A DNA stretch of 64,000 nucleotides, taken from assembly GCA_964217375.1 (NCBI GenBank), contig CAXPJQ010000044.1:934-64933 (forward strand), written 5' to 3'. Shown here piece by piece: positions 1-8,769 of the stretch (position 1 is the stretch's first letter; every line of letters begins with the position of its first letter). Position numbers and translations under genes: made by a program. This DNA comes from Bdellovibrionales bacterium (GTDB taxonomy: Archaea > Nanobdellota > Nanobdellia > Woesearchaeales > UBA583). A model generated the notes under the pieces. It was not told the DNA's origin. It saw nothing but the letters and a program-made list of their open reading frames with translations, and ran no database searches.

Positions 1-347
1 GAAAAATTTGGTTACTTGCTGGAAAAACTGAAAATAATTTGAGGAAGTTATGTTTAAACCCAGATGTTCCTGAAACTGAGGGTACTGATGAGAAAAAATA
101 TGAAGAAGAAGGAATGACATGTCCTGAGTGTAATGAGGGAACAATGAAGTTAAGAAAATCTTTTTATGGAGAATTTTTAGGTTGTGATAACTATCCAAAA
201 TGTAAGACTATGATGAAAATTACAAATGGTGTTGTTGATAAAGAAAATCCAATTGTAACTAAAGCTACAACTAAGAAGAAAACTACCAAAAAGACTACTA
301 AAAAAACAACAAAGAAAACCACTAAAAAAACTACTAAAAAAGAATGA
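1..347 (+). CDS. 3' end of a gene entering from the left edge: topoisomerase-type C4 zinc ribbon plus (TTKK)n basic tail (possibly DNA topoisomerase I C-terminus)
   Basis: The frame of ORF 39..347 stays open back to nt 3, so the TTG start in the track is probably internal. CPECNEGTMKLRKSFYGEFLGCDNYPKC fits the CxxC..GCxxYPxC topoisomerase-type zinc ribbon. Confidence 0.55.
   Translation, partial: KIWLLAGKTENNLRKLCLNPDVPETEGTDEKKYEEEGMTCPECNEGTMKLRKSFYGEFLGCDNYPKCKTMMKITNGVVDKENPIVTKATTKKKTTKKTTKKTTKKTTKKTTKKE
267..341 (+). repeat. in-frame ~12-nt periodic A-rich repeat encoding TTKKKTTKKTTKKTTKKTTKKTTKK
   Basis: Direct reading of nt 267-341 shows ACN-ACN-AAR-AAR units repeated about six times at the 3' end of the CDS. 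Confidence 0.8.
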
Positions 348-949
348 TTAAAACAATTATCTTTGATTTTGATGGAGTCTTAATGGATTCCAAAGAAATT
401 CTTAATAACTTTTTATTAAATAAAAATCCAGAAATAACAATTAAAGAAATTGAAGGGATATTTCATACTAATCCTTATTCCCATCCTATAATTAAAGATA
501 TAGTAAAACAATATTCTGAAGAATTAAAACAATATTTTTTAGATAACACTACAAAAGATTCTTTCTATGAAGGTGCAATTGATTTAATTAATTTCCTAGA
601 AAATGATTTTAATTTATTTATCAATACTTCAGCTCCAACATATAATGTTAAACATTTTTTATTTTTAATTAATAAAGGAAATTCATTTAATGAAGTTTTA
701 GGTTTTGATATTGAAATCTCAAAAACAAAAAAATTTGAGATGATATTAAAAAAATATAATCTTAAAAAAGAGGAGTGTATATTTATAACTGATACTTTAG
801 GAGATTTAAAAGAAGCTCAAGAAGTTAGTATTAATTCCATTGGAGTTACTTGGGGTCTTCATGATAGGGAAACTCTAAGCCAAGGAAAAACAATTGACAT
901 TGTAGATAGTTTTGAAGAATTAAAAAGTAAAATTAGTATGTTAAATTAA
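344..949 (+). CDS. HAD-superfamily hydrolase (phosphatase-like)
   Basis: N-terminal IIFDFDGVLMDS is HAD motif I (DxDG). A late TDTLGDLKEA looks like motif IV. ATGA start/stop overlap with the upstream ORF. Confidence 0.7.
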   Translation: MIKTIIFDFDGVLMDSKEILNNFLLNKNPEITIKEIEGIFHTNPYSHPIIKDIVKQYSEELKQYFLDNTTKDSFYEGAIDLINFLENDFNLFINTSAPTYNVKHFLFLINKGNSFNEVLGFDIEISKTKKFEMILKKYNLKKEECIFITDTLGDLKEAQEVSINSIGVTWGLHDRETLSQGKTIDIVDSFEELKSKISMLN

Positions 950-974
950 TTTGAATAAAAATTAAAGAAAAAAT

Positions 975-2864
975 TTATTTTTTCTTCTCATCGGAATCTT
1001 TTTCTTCAGCTTCCACATCCACTACTTTTTCATCTGAGTCATTACTTGGTGCTGCTCCACCTCCCATTGAGGATGGATCAACTCCTGCTTCAGCTGCAGC
1101 TTTTGCTTGTTCTTCTGGAGACATATTTTGATACATTTCAGCAAATACTCCTTGTGCATCTTTGTTTACTTCATCCATTAATTTCTTAATTGTTTCAACA
1201 TTTCTGCTCTCTTTTTTAAGTTCTGCATCTAAATCATTTAATTTAGTCATAATTGGTCCAACTTTTTTCTGGTCAACTTTATCTTTATTTTCTTCAAATG
1301 TTTTTTTAGTTTGGTAAACCATTTGTTCTGCTTGGTTTACTGTTTCAATTTCTTCTTTTTTCTTTTTATCTTCTTCAGCATATTTTTCTGCATCTTCTTG
1401 CATTTTTTTAATATCCTCTTCAGATAAATTAGATGAAGCAACAATTTTAATTTCTTGTTCTTTACCAGTTCCCATATCTTTTGCTTTTACATTTACAATT
1501 CCATTTGCATCAATATCAAAAGTAACTTCAATTTGAGGTACACCTCTTGGTGCAGGTGGAATTCCTTCTAAGTTAAATGAACCAAGTAACTTGTTATCAT
1601 TAAACATTGCTCTCTCTCCTTGAGCAACTCTAATTGTTACAGCTGATTGGTTATCCTCAGCAGTTGAATATACTTGAGATTTTTTAGTTGGAATTGTAGT
1701 GTTTTTATCAATCATTTTTGTTAAAACTCCACCTAGAGTTTCAATTCCTAATGATAGTGGTGTTACATCTAATAATAAAACATCTTTAACTTCTCCTGCT
1801 AAAACTCCTCCTTGAATTGCAGCTCCCATCGCTACAGCTTCATCAGGGTTAACTGATTTATCTGCATCTTTACCTGAGATTTCTTTAACTAATTCTTGAA
1901 CTGCAGGAATTCTAGTTGAACCTCCAACTAAAATGATTTTATCAATTTCTGAAGTTGATAGTCCTGATTCTTTAATTGCTTGTTGAGTTGGAACTCTTAA
2001 TTTAGCTAAAATTGGTTGAATTAATTCATTAAATTTAGATCTTGAAATTTTCATCTCAAGGTGTTTAGGCCCACTTGCATCAGCTGTAATAAATGGTTCT
2101 GAGATATCTGATTCTAATTTTGAGGATAACTCAATTTTAGTTTTTTCTGCTGCAGCTTTAATTCTTTGAGCAGATTGAGCATCATCTCTTAAATCAATTC
2201 CATTTTCTTTTTTGAATTCATCTGCAATGTAATCAATTAAGATTTTATCTACGTTATCTCCACCTAGATGGTTATCTCCTGCAGTTGATTTTACTTCAAA
2301 TACTCCATCATCTAATTCTAATACTGAAACATCAAAAGTACCACCTCCAAAGTCAAATACTAAAACGTTATGTGCATCAGCTTTATCAATTCCATATGCT
2401 AGTGCAGCTGCTGTTGGTTCATTAATAATTCTCTCAACTTCAAAACCTGCAATTTTACCTGCATCTTTAGTTGCTTGTCTTTGAGCATCTGTAAAATAAG
2501 CTGGAACAGTAATTACTGCTTTTTTAATTTCTTCTCCAAGATAACTTTCTGCATCTTTTTTTAATTTTCCTAAAGTAATTGCTGAAATTTCTTGAGGAGT
2601 GTAATCTTTCCCATGGATATTAACTTTGTAATCTTCTCCCATGTGAGTTTTAATAGAAATAACTGTTTCTTTTGGTTTTACTATAGCTTGTTTTTTAGCT
2701 GAATCTCCAACAACTCTCTCTCCTGAGCTTGAAATATGTACAACTGATGGAGTTGTTCTTGAACCCTCAGAGTTTGTAATAACTTGAGCTTTTCCACCTT
2801 CAATAATTGAAATACAACTATTAGTTGTTCCTAAATCGATTCCTAAAATTTTTTCTTTTGCCAT
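975..2864 (-). CDS. dnaK: Hsp70 chaperone DnaK
   Basis: 629 aa with [22 protein letters not shown] and [11 protein letters not shown] Hsp70 signatures, plus a charged C-terminal tail. Confidence 0.97.
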   Translation of the reverse strand: MAKEKILGIDLGTTNSCISIIEGGKAQVITNSEGSRTTPSVVHISSSGERVVGDSAKKQAIVKPKETVISIKTHMGEDYKVNIHGKDYTPQEISAITLGKLKKDAESYLGEEIKKAVITVPAYFTDAQRQATKDAGKIAGFEVERIINEPTAAALAYGIDKADAHNVLVFDFGGGTFDVSVLELDDGVFEVKSTAGDNHLGGDNVDKILIDYIADEFKKENGIDLRDDAQSAQRIKAAAEKTKIELSSKLESDISEPFITADASGPKHLEMKISRSKFNELIQPILAKLRVPTQQAIKESGLSTSEIDKIILVGGSTRIPAVQELVKEISGKDADKSVNPDEAVAMGAAIQGGVLAGEVKDVLLLDVTPLSLGIETLGGVLTKMIDKNTTIPTKKSQVYSTAEDNQSAVTIRVAQGERAMFNDNKLLGSFNLEGIPPAPRGVPQIEVTFDIDANGIVNVKAKDMGTGKEQEIKIVASSNLSEEDIKKMQEDAEKYAEEDKKKKEEIETVNQAEQMVYQTKKTFEENKDKVDQKKVGPIMTKLNDLDAELKKESRNVETIKKLMDEVNKDAQGVFAEMYQNMSPEEQAKAAAEAGVDPSSMGGGAAPSNDSDEKVVDVEAEEKDSDEKKK

Positions 2865-3009
2865 TTTAAGTATTTTTTATCTCAAAATCTTATTTTTTAT
2901 AAGTTTTTTAGATTTTGTTAAAAATTATTAGGTCTTAATTATTTATAAATATTACGAATTTTTTTATCAAATTCGGAAGAAAAAATTATTTTTTTAGGAT
3001 TTGATATAA

Positions 3010-3291
3010 TTATTCTTTATTATTCTCATTAATTTTTTTTAATAAATGATTTAAGATATTAGGAGCTTTAACTTGATTAAGTGGATTTTTATCTTTTGGA
3101 GGCATAATGCATGTTTCTAATAAATCAATATGTTCTTTATTTAATTCTTTTTTAATTTCATCTGGCAAAGTTTCATAATATTGTGAAATTTGATTAATTA
3201 ATTCATCACGTTCTTTCTTTTTACCTTCTAAATGTAAATCTCAGGCCTTATTTGCCCAAATTCTATATTGATTTTTACTTTTGTCATCCAT
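3010..3291 (-). pseudogene. 93-codon ORF interrupted by a single in-frame TGA (pseudogene, error or read-through candidate)
   Basis: ATG at 3291..3289 lies 2 nt after the stop of 3294..5426. The frame is open to TAA at 3012..3010 except for TGA at 3243..3241 (MDDKSKNQYRIWANKA*DLHLEGKKKERDELINQ...). It is absent from the ORF track. Confidence 0.3.
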
Positions 3292-3293
3292 TT

Positions 3294-5426
3294 TTAATAA
3301 TATATCTCCGGATAATAATTATTTTCAAATTCATATTCTAAATCAATTTGATTTATTTCACTTAGAGAGTTATTAATATCTGATGCTATAATTTTACTCT
3401 CTGAGAGAGTATATAAAATGTTATCCATCCAAATTGATCTTCTAACATCATTTGGATTTGTCCAGTAATAATAATTATTTTCCTCTTCTTTACCTTCATA
3501 GTGAGTTATTTTTTTAATTAATTCAATTCCATCCCCATTAATTTCAAATGCATATGCACCTCTAAAATATTCTCTTGAGTAATAGTCATGTTCTTCACTT
3601 AAATCTTCTTTAATTGGAATTACAAGTAATCTTTGTGCAGGGTCAAATAAAAATGATTTATGATCATTTAACACTTCAGTTGAACTATATTTTCCCTCAA
3701 TTACATATTTATCTATTTCTTTTGGATTCTTCACATCACTAATATCAAATAATGAAATTTTAACACCAGCATCACTAACTCCACCCCATTGATTTTCTTT
3801 AGTTTCTTTTCCAATTCCAATTAAAAAATTTTCACCATATGGATGTAGATATGAACTATACCCACTAACTTTTAATTCTCCTTCAACTCTTGGTTGTTCA
3901 GGTGTTGATAAGTCAATTACAAAGAGAGGGTCAATTTGTTTAAATGTAACCATATATAATTTATCTCCCATGAATCTAGTAGAATAAATTCTTTCATCTT
4001 CAGCTAAATTTTCAATTGAACCTATTTGATTTAAATTTTCATCTAAAACATATACATTGTTATATGAATGTGATCCTTCTCCTCTAATCCAATATGATGT
4101 AGTTGTTCCAACTCTTAAATTTGAATCTTTTTCATCCATTGAAAATTGATTTAATAGATACCCTTCAACTTCTCCTTTTGTATGGTAATAAATTAATCCA
4201 TCATCTTCAATTGATAATTTTTGTATTACTGTTTTTCTCTCTTCAGCTTGAATTTTTTCAATGTATTCTTGATATCTATTTTCAACTTCAACTTCAAATT
4301 CTGCAATTTCTTCCTCGTTTAAGTTATGTAAATATTCTTCAAGAGTTATTGCAATTGCTTCATTATCTTTTTTATTTATATGTTTTTCAAATATTTCTTT
4401 TCTTGACTCTTTAATTGATGGCATAATTGTTTCTTCAAATTGTTCAATATAATTATTTTCAATTCTTTTTTGATATGCAATATACATATTACTCTCAGAC
4501 ATATAAAATGTAGATCCACTCTCAAGAAGATAACTCTCAACATTATATTTATCTAAGTTATTTAAATTAATTGACCCTATACTATAATAATTTGAATTTG
4601 ATTTAAAATCAAAGTAATAAATATCAGGTTCTGCAATTCTTAAACCATCTTTATATAAAATTGGAAATATAGGTCCATCATATGAATTAAGATACTCCTG
4701 AGAAATAAAATATACATAATCTCCCATTAATCTTGCTTGATAAAATGATCCAGTTAATGAATATGATTTAATTAATTCAGGATTTTCTCTTGACTTGATT
4801 GAATAAATTAAAACTTCAGTTTGATCTTCATAATGGGTATAGGGCATCAGTGTTTTCTCATTAACCCTTTTAGTTTGAATATATGAATTTGCAAATATAA
4901 TTAACTGATTATTATTTACAAAGAACTTTTGAATATTTTTATCTGATTCCAAATCGATTTTAGATAATAACTTTCCATTTTCTGCAGGGTATGCATCAAC
5001 AATTGCAATTGAATTCCCAGTTAATGTATAAATATATTTCCCATCATTTTTAACAATATCTGCCTCATCAACATTTTGAACTTGATTATTTGTTGTTGAA
5101 TATTCTTGTGCTCCTCCATATGATTCACTAACTGATTTTACCATCATTGAATCAACTGCTACAGCTTCATCAAATACTCCAAAACTTCTTAACCCAAAAT
5201 CATAATAATAGAAATTATTTGAATACACTTCTTCTTTAAGCATTAATTCTTTTAATTCATCTTTTGATGAAATTTTTTTTAGTGTATCTTTCTCAAGAAT
5301 TTTAGTTCCTTCTGAATCAAATTCTGAGCTTAATGAATTTTGTTGTTGAATTTGTGTATCACTTGAACACCCACTAACAATTATTAAAACTCCAATAATT
5401 AGAGATATTATTAAATTTTTTTTCAT
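3294..5426 (-). CDS. secreted/lipid-anchored beta-propeller domain protein
   Basis: Signal peptide with lipobox (LIIVSGCSS). NVDEADIVKNDGKYIY resembles the secreted archaeal/bacterial Beta_propel (COG4880-like) family. 710 aa. Confidence 0.6.
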   Translation of the reverse strand: MKKNLIISLIIGVLIIVSGCSSDTQIQQQNSLSSEFDSEGTKILEKDTLKKISSKDELKELMLKEEVYSNNFYYYDFGLRSFGVFDEAVAVDSMMVKSVSESYGGAQEYSTTNNQVQNVDEADIVKNDGKYIYTLTGNSIAIVDAYPAENGKLLSKIDLESDKNIQKFFVNNNQLIIFANSYIQTKRVNEKTLMPYTHYEDQTEVLIYSIKSRENPELIKSYSLTGSFYQARLMGDYVYFISQEYLNSYDGPIFPILYKDGLRIAEPDIYYFDFKSNSNYYSIGSINLNNLDKYNVESYLLESGSTFYMSESNMYIAYQKRIENNYIEQFEETIMPSIKESRKEIFEKHINKKDNEAIAITLEEYLHNLNEEEIAEFEVEVENRYQEYIEKIQAEERKTVIQKLSIEDDGLIYYHTKGEVEGYLLNQFSMDEKDSNLRVGTTTSYWIRGEGSHSYNNVYVLDENLNQIGSIENLAEDERIYSTRFMGDKLYMVTFKQIDPLFVIDLSTPEQPRVEGELKVSGYSSYLHPYGENFLIGIGKETKENQWGGVSDAGVKISLFDISDVKNPKEIDKYVIEGKYSSTEVLNDHKSFLFDPAQRLLVIPIKEDLSEEHDYYSREYFRGAYAFEINGDGIELIKKITHYEGKEEENNYYYWTNPNDVRRSIWMDNILYTLSESKIIASDINNSLSEINQIDLEYEFENNYYPEIYY

Positions 5427-5448
5427 AAATAATATTAAATTTTTATTA

Positions 5449-5456
5449 TTTATAAA
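5449..5456 (-). promoter_or_regulatory. TATA box (TTTATAAA) for 3294..5426
   Basis: Exact palindromic TTTATAAA 23-30 nt upstream of the ATG at 5426. Confidence 0.55.
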
Positions 5457-5470
5457 ACAAATCTAAAACT

Positions 5471-6094
5471 TCAAGGTGATTTGAAGTTATATTTTTTTAA
5501 TTTTTTCTCAAAAACTCTATATAAAAAAACTAAAATTAAAGCAGAGATTGCCCCTATAAAAAACCAAAGTGCAATATTTGGTTCACTTTCTATAATCTTA
5601 GGTTCTGAAATTAACATGGTACTTGTATCTTCAACAACTCTTGACTTTGCAACAAAAGGAGTTATCTCTTGAGTCATTTCAAGGTTAGAGTCTTGATTAA
5701 TGTAGGAACTAAAATAAATACTTAGAGCTCCAAATCCTGTCAAGAAAAAAGCTGGAATTAAATCTTTAATTTTATCAAATAGACCTTGAGTTTTCTTTGG
5801 AGCAATTATAATTAATTTATTTGCAAGCGCCCAATGTTTTACCTCTTTACCTTTCTGAGAATAATGAAAGTGAGTATTTTCAATTAAACCTGCTTTTGAG
5901 AGTTGTTCAATGGTATAATTTACAGTTGAGGGAGCAATTTTTAACTTTGAAGAAATTTCACTCTCAGTTGCTTTTTCTTCCTTTTCAAGAAATTCAATTA
6001 TTTTTTTACCTGTTTTTGATGAAACTGCATTTGCTACATCTTTAGTATTTTCATCATCTAAACTAAGTAAAATAAAATTTTCTTTTTTAGTCAT
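5471..6094 (-). CDS. ArsR-like winged-helix regulator with C-terminal membrane helices
   Basis: KIIEFLEKEEKATESEISSKLKIAPSTVNYTIEQLSKAGLIE looks like a wHTH. Two hydrophobic segments near the C-terminus (IPAFFLTGFGALSIYF, IALWFFIGAISALILVFLY). Confidence 0.5.
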   Translation of the reverse strand: MTKKENFILLSLDDENTKDVANAVSSKTGKKIIEFLEKEEKATESEISSKLKIAPSTVNYTIEQLSKAGLIENTHFHYSQKGKEVKHWALANKLIIIAPKKTQGLFDKIKDLIPAFFLTGFGALSIYFSSYINQDSNLEMTQEITPFVAKSRVVEDTSTMLISEPKIIESEPNIALWFFIGAISALILVFLYRVFEKKLKKYNFKSP

Positions 6095-6115
6095 AGAATT
6101 TTATATCTTTAATTA

Positions 6116-6123
6116 TTTATAAA
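6116..6123 (-). promoter_or_regulatory. TATA box (TTTATAAA) for 5471..6094
   Basis: Exact octamer 22-29 nt upstream of the ATG at 6094. Confidence 0.55.
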
Positions 6124-6173
6124 GAAATTTATAACTTCAATTTTCTTTGTAGTAAAATATCTTTTCAAAAAAG

Positions 6174-6183
6174 TTTATATAAA
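6174..6183 (+). promoter_or_regulatory. TATA-like element (TTTATATAAA) for 6204..7427
   Basis: AT palindrome-like box 21-30 nt upstream of the ATG at 6204. Confidence 0.45.
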
Positions 6184-6203
6184 AAATTATACATTTTATT
6201 GTT

Positions 6204-7427
6204 ATGGAAAATAATTCTTCATCAAAAAAAGAGTTTCTAAAAACAACTAAATTAAAATTTTATGAAGAAATTAAAAAATATCAAAAAACACTTAAACCAA
6301 CAAAAGAAATTATAGGTTTTGGTTCAGCTCCAATTGTTGGTGAAAAAAATTATCCCTTCCTTGCAACTCATAACATTTCAAATGAAGAGAAAAGTTCTTC
6401 TTTTTTTGAAACTGGTAATTTAGTTAAAAAATCTTATGATGATATTCTACCTCTAAAGGCTAAATCTATTTTAGGATCTACAAATAAAAATTATATTAAA
6501 AAACCAAGAACTAAAATTGTTGAAGAGTTAAGGGATATCTATAAATCAAAAAAAGCAGTTGAGATGCAGTCAACTTTTGAAAAAGAATTAATATTTAATA
6601 AAATTTTAACTTCAAAAGTTTCAGGAGTTATGGGATCTCAAAATGAATTAACTAAACTTGAAGCTCAAGAAAATACTTCAACTTCAAATAAAATTGAAAA
6701 GTTTACTCAAAATGATATCAAGGCAAGAGAAGCAATCATTTCACTTTATGAAAAAGGAATTAACGAACATCAAATAATTAATCTCTTAGCTCTAGGTTCC
6801 TTTGGTATTGACATTAATAGAAAGTTAGTTCCAACAAAATGGGCAATTTCAGCATATGATCAAACAATTGAGAAATATTTACATAAAAAGATTTTAAATA
6901 ATAATGTAATTAATGAATATGAAATTTATCATGATTTAGATAAAGGAAATGATTTCATTATAATTTTAATCCCAGATCACTTTAATGCAGAAATTGTTGA
7001 AACTTGGGACGTTTCAGGTTTAGATCAAGAGGCACTCTCAGGAAAATGGAAAACTAATAAAAAGACAATAATTGAAGTTGACTATGTTGGTAATGATAAC
7101 AAATTAAAAACAAAAGAACCTCAAACAGCAGGAGGTTTTTGGGCAACTAAATCTCCAATTCATAGGTTTTTAGATGAGAGAAAAAAACAAGCATCCTATA
7201 TTTCAATTAGATTTATTGATAACTATGAAATCCCTTTAGGGGTTGTTTTTGTGAGAGAATGTGTTAGAAAAGCTCTTAAGAATTGTATTTTAAAGACAAG
7301 TTCAAGTCTTGAAGTTGAAAGTTTTTTAAGGGAAAATTTCCCTAGACATTTTAAACATTATTTTTTTTCAACTACACTTAAAGAACAAAAAAAACAAAAA
7401 AAGTTAACTAATTTTTTCAATCTCTAA
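6204..7427 (+). CDS. nre: Nre-family (archaeal DNA-repair-associated) protein with C-terminal PIP box
   Basis: LVPTKWAISAYDQ and EIPLGVVFVRECVRKAL resemble the Nre N- and C-domain conserved strings. The extreme C-terminus QKKLTNFF-NL is a canonical QxxLxxFF PIP box. Confidence 0.55.
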   Translation: MENNSSSKKEFLKTTKLKFYEEIKKYQKTLKPTKEIIGFGSAPIVGEKNYPFLATHNISNEEKSSSFFETGNLVKKSYDDILPLKAKSILGSTNKNYIKKPRTKIVEELRDIYKSKKAVEMQSTFEKELIFNKILTSKVSGVMGSQNELTKLEAQENTSTSNKIEKFTQNDIKAREAIISLYEKGINEHQIINLLALGSFGIDINRKLVPTKWAISAYDQTIEKYLHKKILNNNVINEYEIYHDLDKGNDFIIILIPDHFNAEIVETWDVSGLDQEALSGKWKTNKKTIIEVDYVGNDNKLKTKEPQTAGGFWATKSPIHRFLDERKKQASYISIRFIDNYEIPLGVVFVRECVRKALKNCILKTSSSLEVESFLRENFPRHFKHYFFSTTLKEQKKQKKLTNFFNL

Positions 7428-8078
7428 TACTTCAACTTCTTTAACTAATGAATGTAAAATATTTGATATATTTGAATATCCTCTTCTTTCTTCATCCCAG
7501 AACTCATGATAATCTAGATGTCCAGCTAATAGGTTTCTAATTCTTTTAAGAGCTTCAATAAAATATTCAATAGTATCATCATCATGTTTTTTAATTCTTA
7601 GCGAATTAATTTCCTCAAAAAATTCTCTTAATTCATCATCTTGTCTAAGTAAAACGTCATATAATTGTTTTTCAAGTAAAAATATTTTTTCAAGGGAATT
7701 AATTTTACCAGGTTCATCTACACATTTAATTGTAAACTCTGAAATTAAATTTTTTAATCTCTCTTTATGCATTATTTGTTTTTTTAAATTTAGAAAATCC
7801 TCTCTAATTAAATTTAAATCATTAAGTAATTCTTTAGTTTCTTTTAATTTAATTATCTTTTTAAGTGTTGGTTTATCTTGACTATTTAATAAATATATTA
7901 AATGGTTTGTATCTTCAAGTGCAATTTCTTCTTGATTTTTTAAATCTGTAATTAAAATTCCCCACAACTTAGATTCATGTCTTTGTAAATCTTTTAAAAA
8001 AATAAGTAAAGCTTCTTTAGGATTTTTAGTTCTAGTTTTTTCTCTTAGAACTTCATAAGCTTTTGATAATATTCTCAT
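7404..8078 (-). CDS. all-helical hypothetical protein with a C-terminal RNx4H (HEPN-like) motif
   Basis: The track ORF is 7404..8117. The ATG at 8078 (MRILSK...) sits 23-30 nt from a TATAAATT box at 8101..8108, so it is the likelier start. RIRNLLAGHLDYH lies near the C-terminus. Confidence 0.5.
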   Translation of the reverse strand: MRILSKAYEVLREKTRTKNPKEALLIFLKDLQRHESKLWGILITDLKNQEEIALEDTNHLIYLLNSQDKPTLKKIIKLKETKELLNDLNLIREDFLNLKKQIMHKERLKNLISEFTIKCVDEPGKINSLEKIFLLEKQLYDVLLRQDDELREFFEEINSLRIKKHDDDTIEYFIEALKRIRNLLAGHLDYHEFWDEERRGYSNISNILHSLVKEVEVLEIEKIS

Positions 8079-8150
8079 AAAAAAATTTCTTTTCTTAGAA
8101 TATAAATTAATTAGCAACTACTAAAAAAGGAAGAAATAATATCTCTGACT

Positions 8151-8630
8151 TTATTTTGTAACAACAACTCTTGGTTTTTTAATGATATCTCCTCTATATC
8201 TAAACCCTTTTTTAACTGTTTTTAAAATTAAACCCTTAGCCATTCCTTTTGCATCATCATAACTTGCAACTTCGTGAATCTCAGGATCATAAAACCTCTC
8301 TTTTGGTTCAATTTCTTCAAGTGAGTAGTCAAGCATTGTTTTTTTAATTACTTTTTGAGAGGCATTAACACTCATCATTAATTGTTGTAATTCTTTTGAT
8401 GTTGCATGTACTTTAAATGAATCTGCTTTTGTTTGTTCAATACTTTCATATAACTTAATTAAATCAAGTGCTACTTTTTTTTGAACATCTAATTTATGTT
8501 TTCTCATCTCAGCTTCATGATTTTTAATTAATTGTTGATTTTTTGATTTAATTTGGGAATATTTATGATACATTACTTCATATTTATCATCAACCCCAGA
8601 AAAAGCTTCCTTAATTTTTTTAAATACCAT
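8151..8630 (-). CDS. grpE: nucleotide exchange factor GrpE
   Basis: Coiled-coil N-half and C-terminal FYDPEIHEVAS...LKTVKKGFRYRGDIIKKPRVVV typical of the GrpE beta-domain. Confidence 0.85.
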   Translation of the reverse strand: MVFKKIKEAFSGVDDKYEVMYHKYSQIKSKNQQLIKNHEAEMRKHKLDVQKKVALDLIKLYESIEQTKADSFKVHATSKELQQLMMSVNASQKVIKKTMLDYSLEEIEPKERFYDPEIHEVASYDDAKGMAKGLILKTVKKGFRYRGDIIKKPRVVVTK

Positions 8631-8664
8631 TTTTTTAATCTATGTTAATTTTAGGTTAAAATGA

Positions 8665-8672
8665 TTTATAAA
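8665..8672 (-). promoter_or_regulatory. TATA box (TTTATAAA) upstream of grpE; second copy at 8679..8686
   Basis: Exact octamers 35-42 and 49-56 nt upstream of the ATG at 8630. Confidence 0.45.
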
Positions 8673-8769
8673 TTTTTGTTTATAAATCAAAGTTTCTCAT
8701 GTTATTTTTTAATTAATAGCTTGGTGATGAAACATAATATTTAAAAACTTATTTTACTAATAAATTATT

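Noticed and set aside
267-341. Periodic 12-nt repeat as a CRISPR-like or satellite array
   Set aside because: It is in frame within a CDS, the units have no spacers, and it encodes a (TTKK)n peptide. It is a coding low-complexity repeat.
2955-3243. Selenocysteine at the TGA of the small ORF, with the hairpin CGAATTT-N7-AAATTCG (2955..2975) acting as a 3' SECIS
   Set aside because: The hairpin is a 7-bp AT-rich stem with none of the conserved archaeal SECIS features. The protein context has no redox CxxU-type motif. No Sec machinery is visible in the window.
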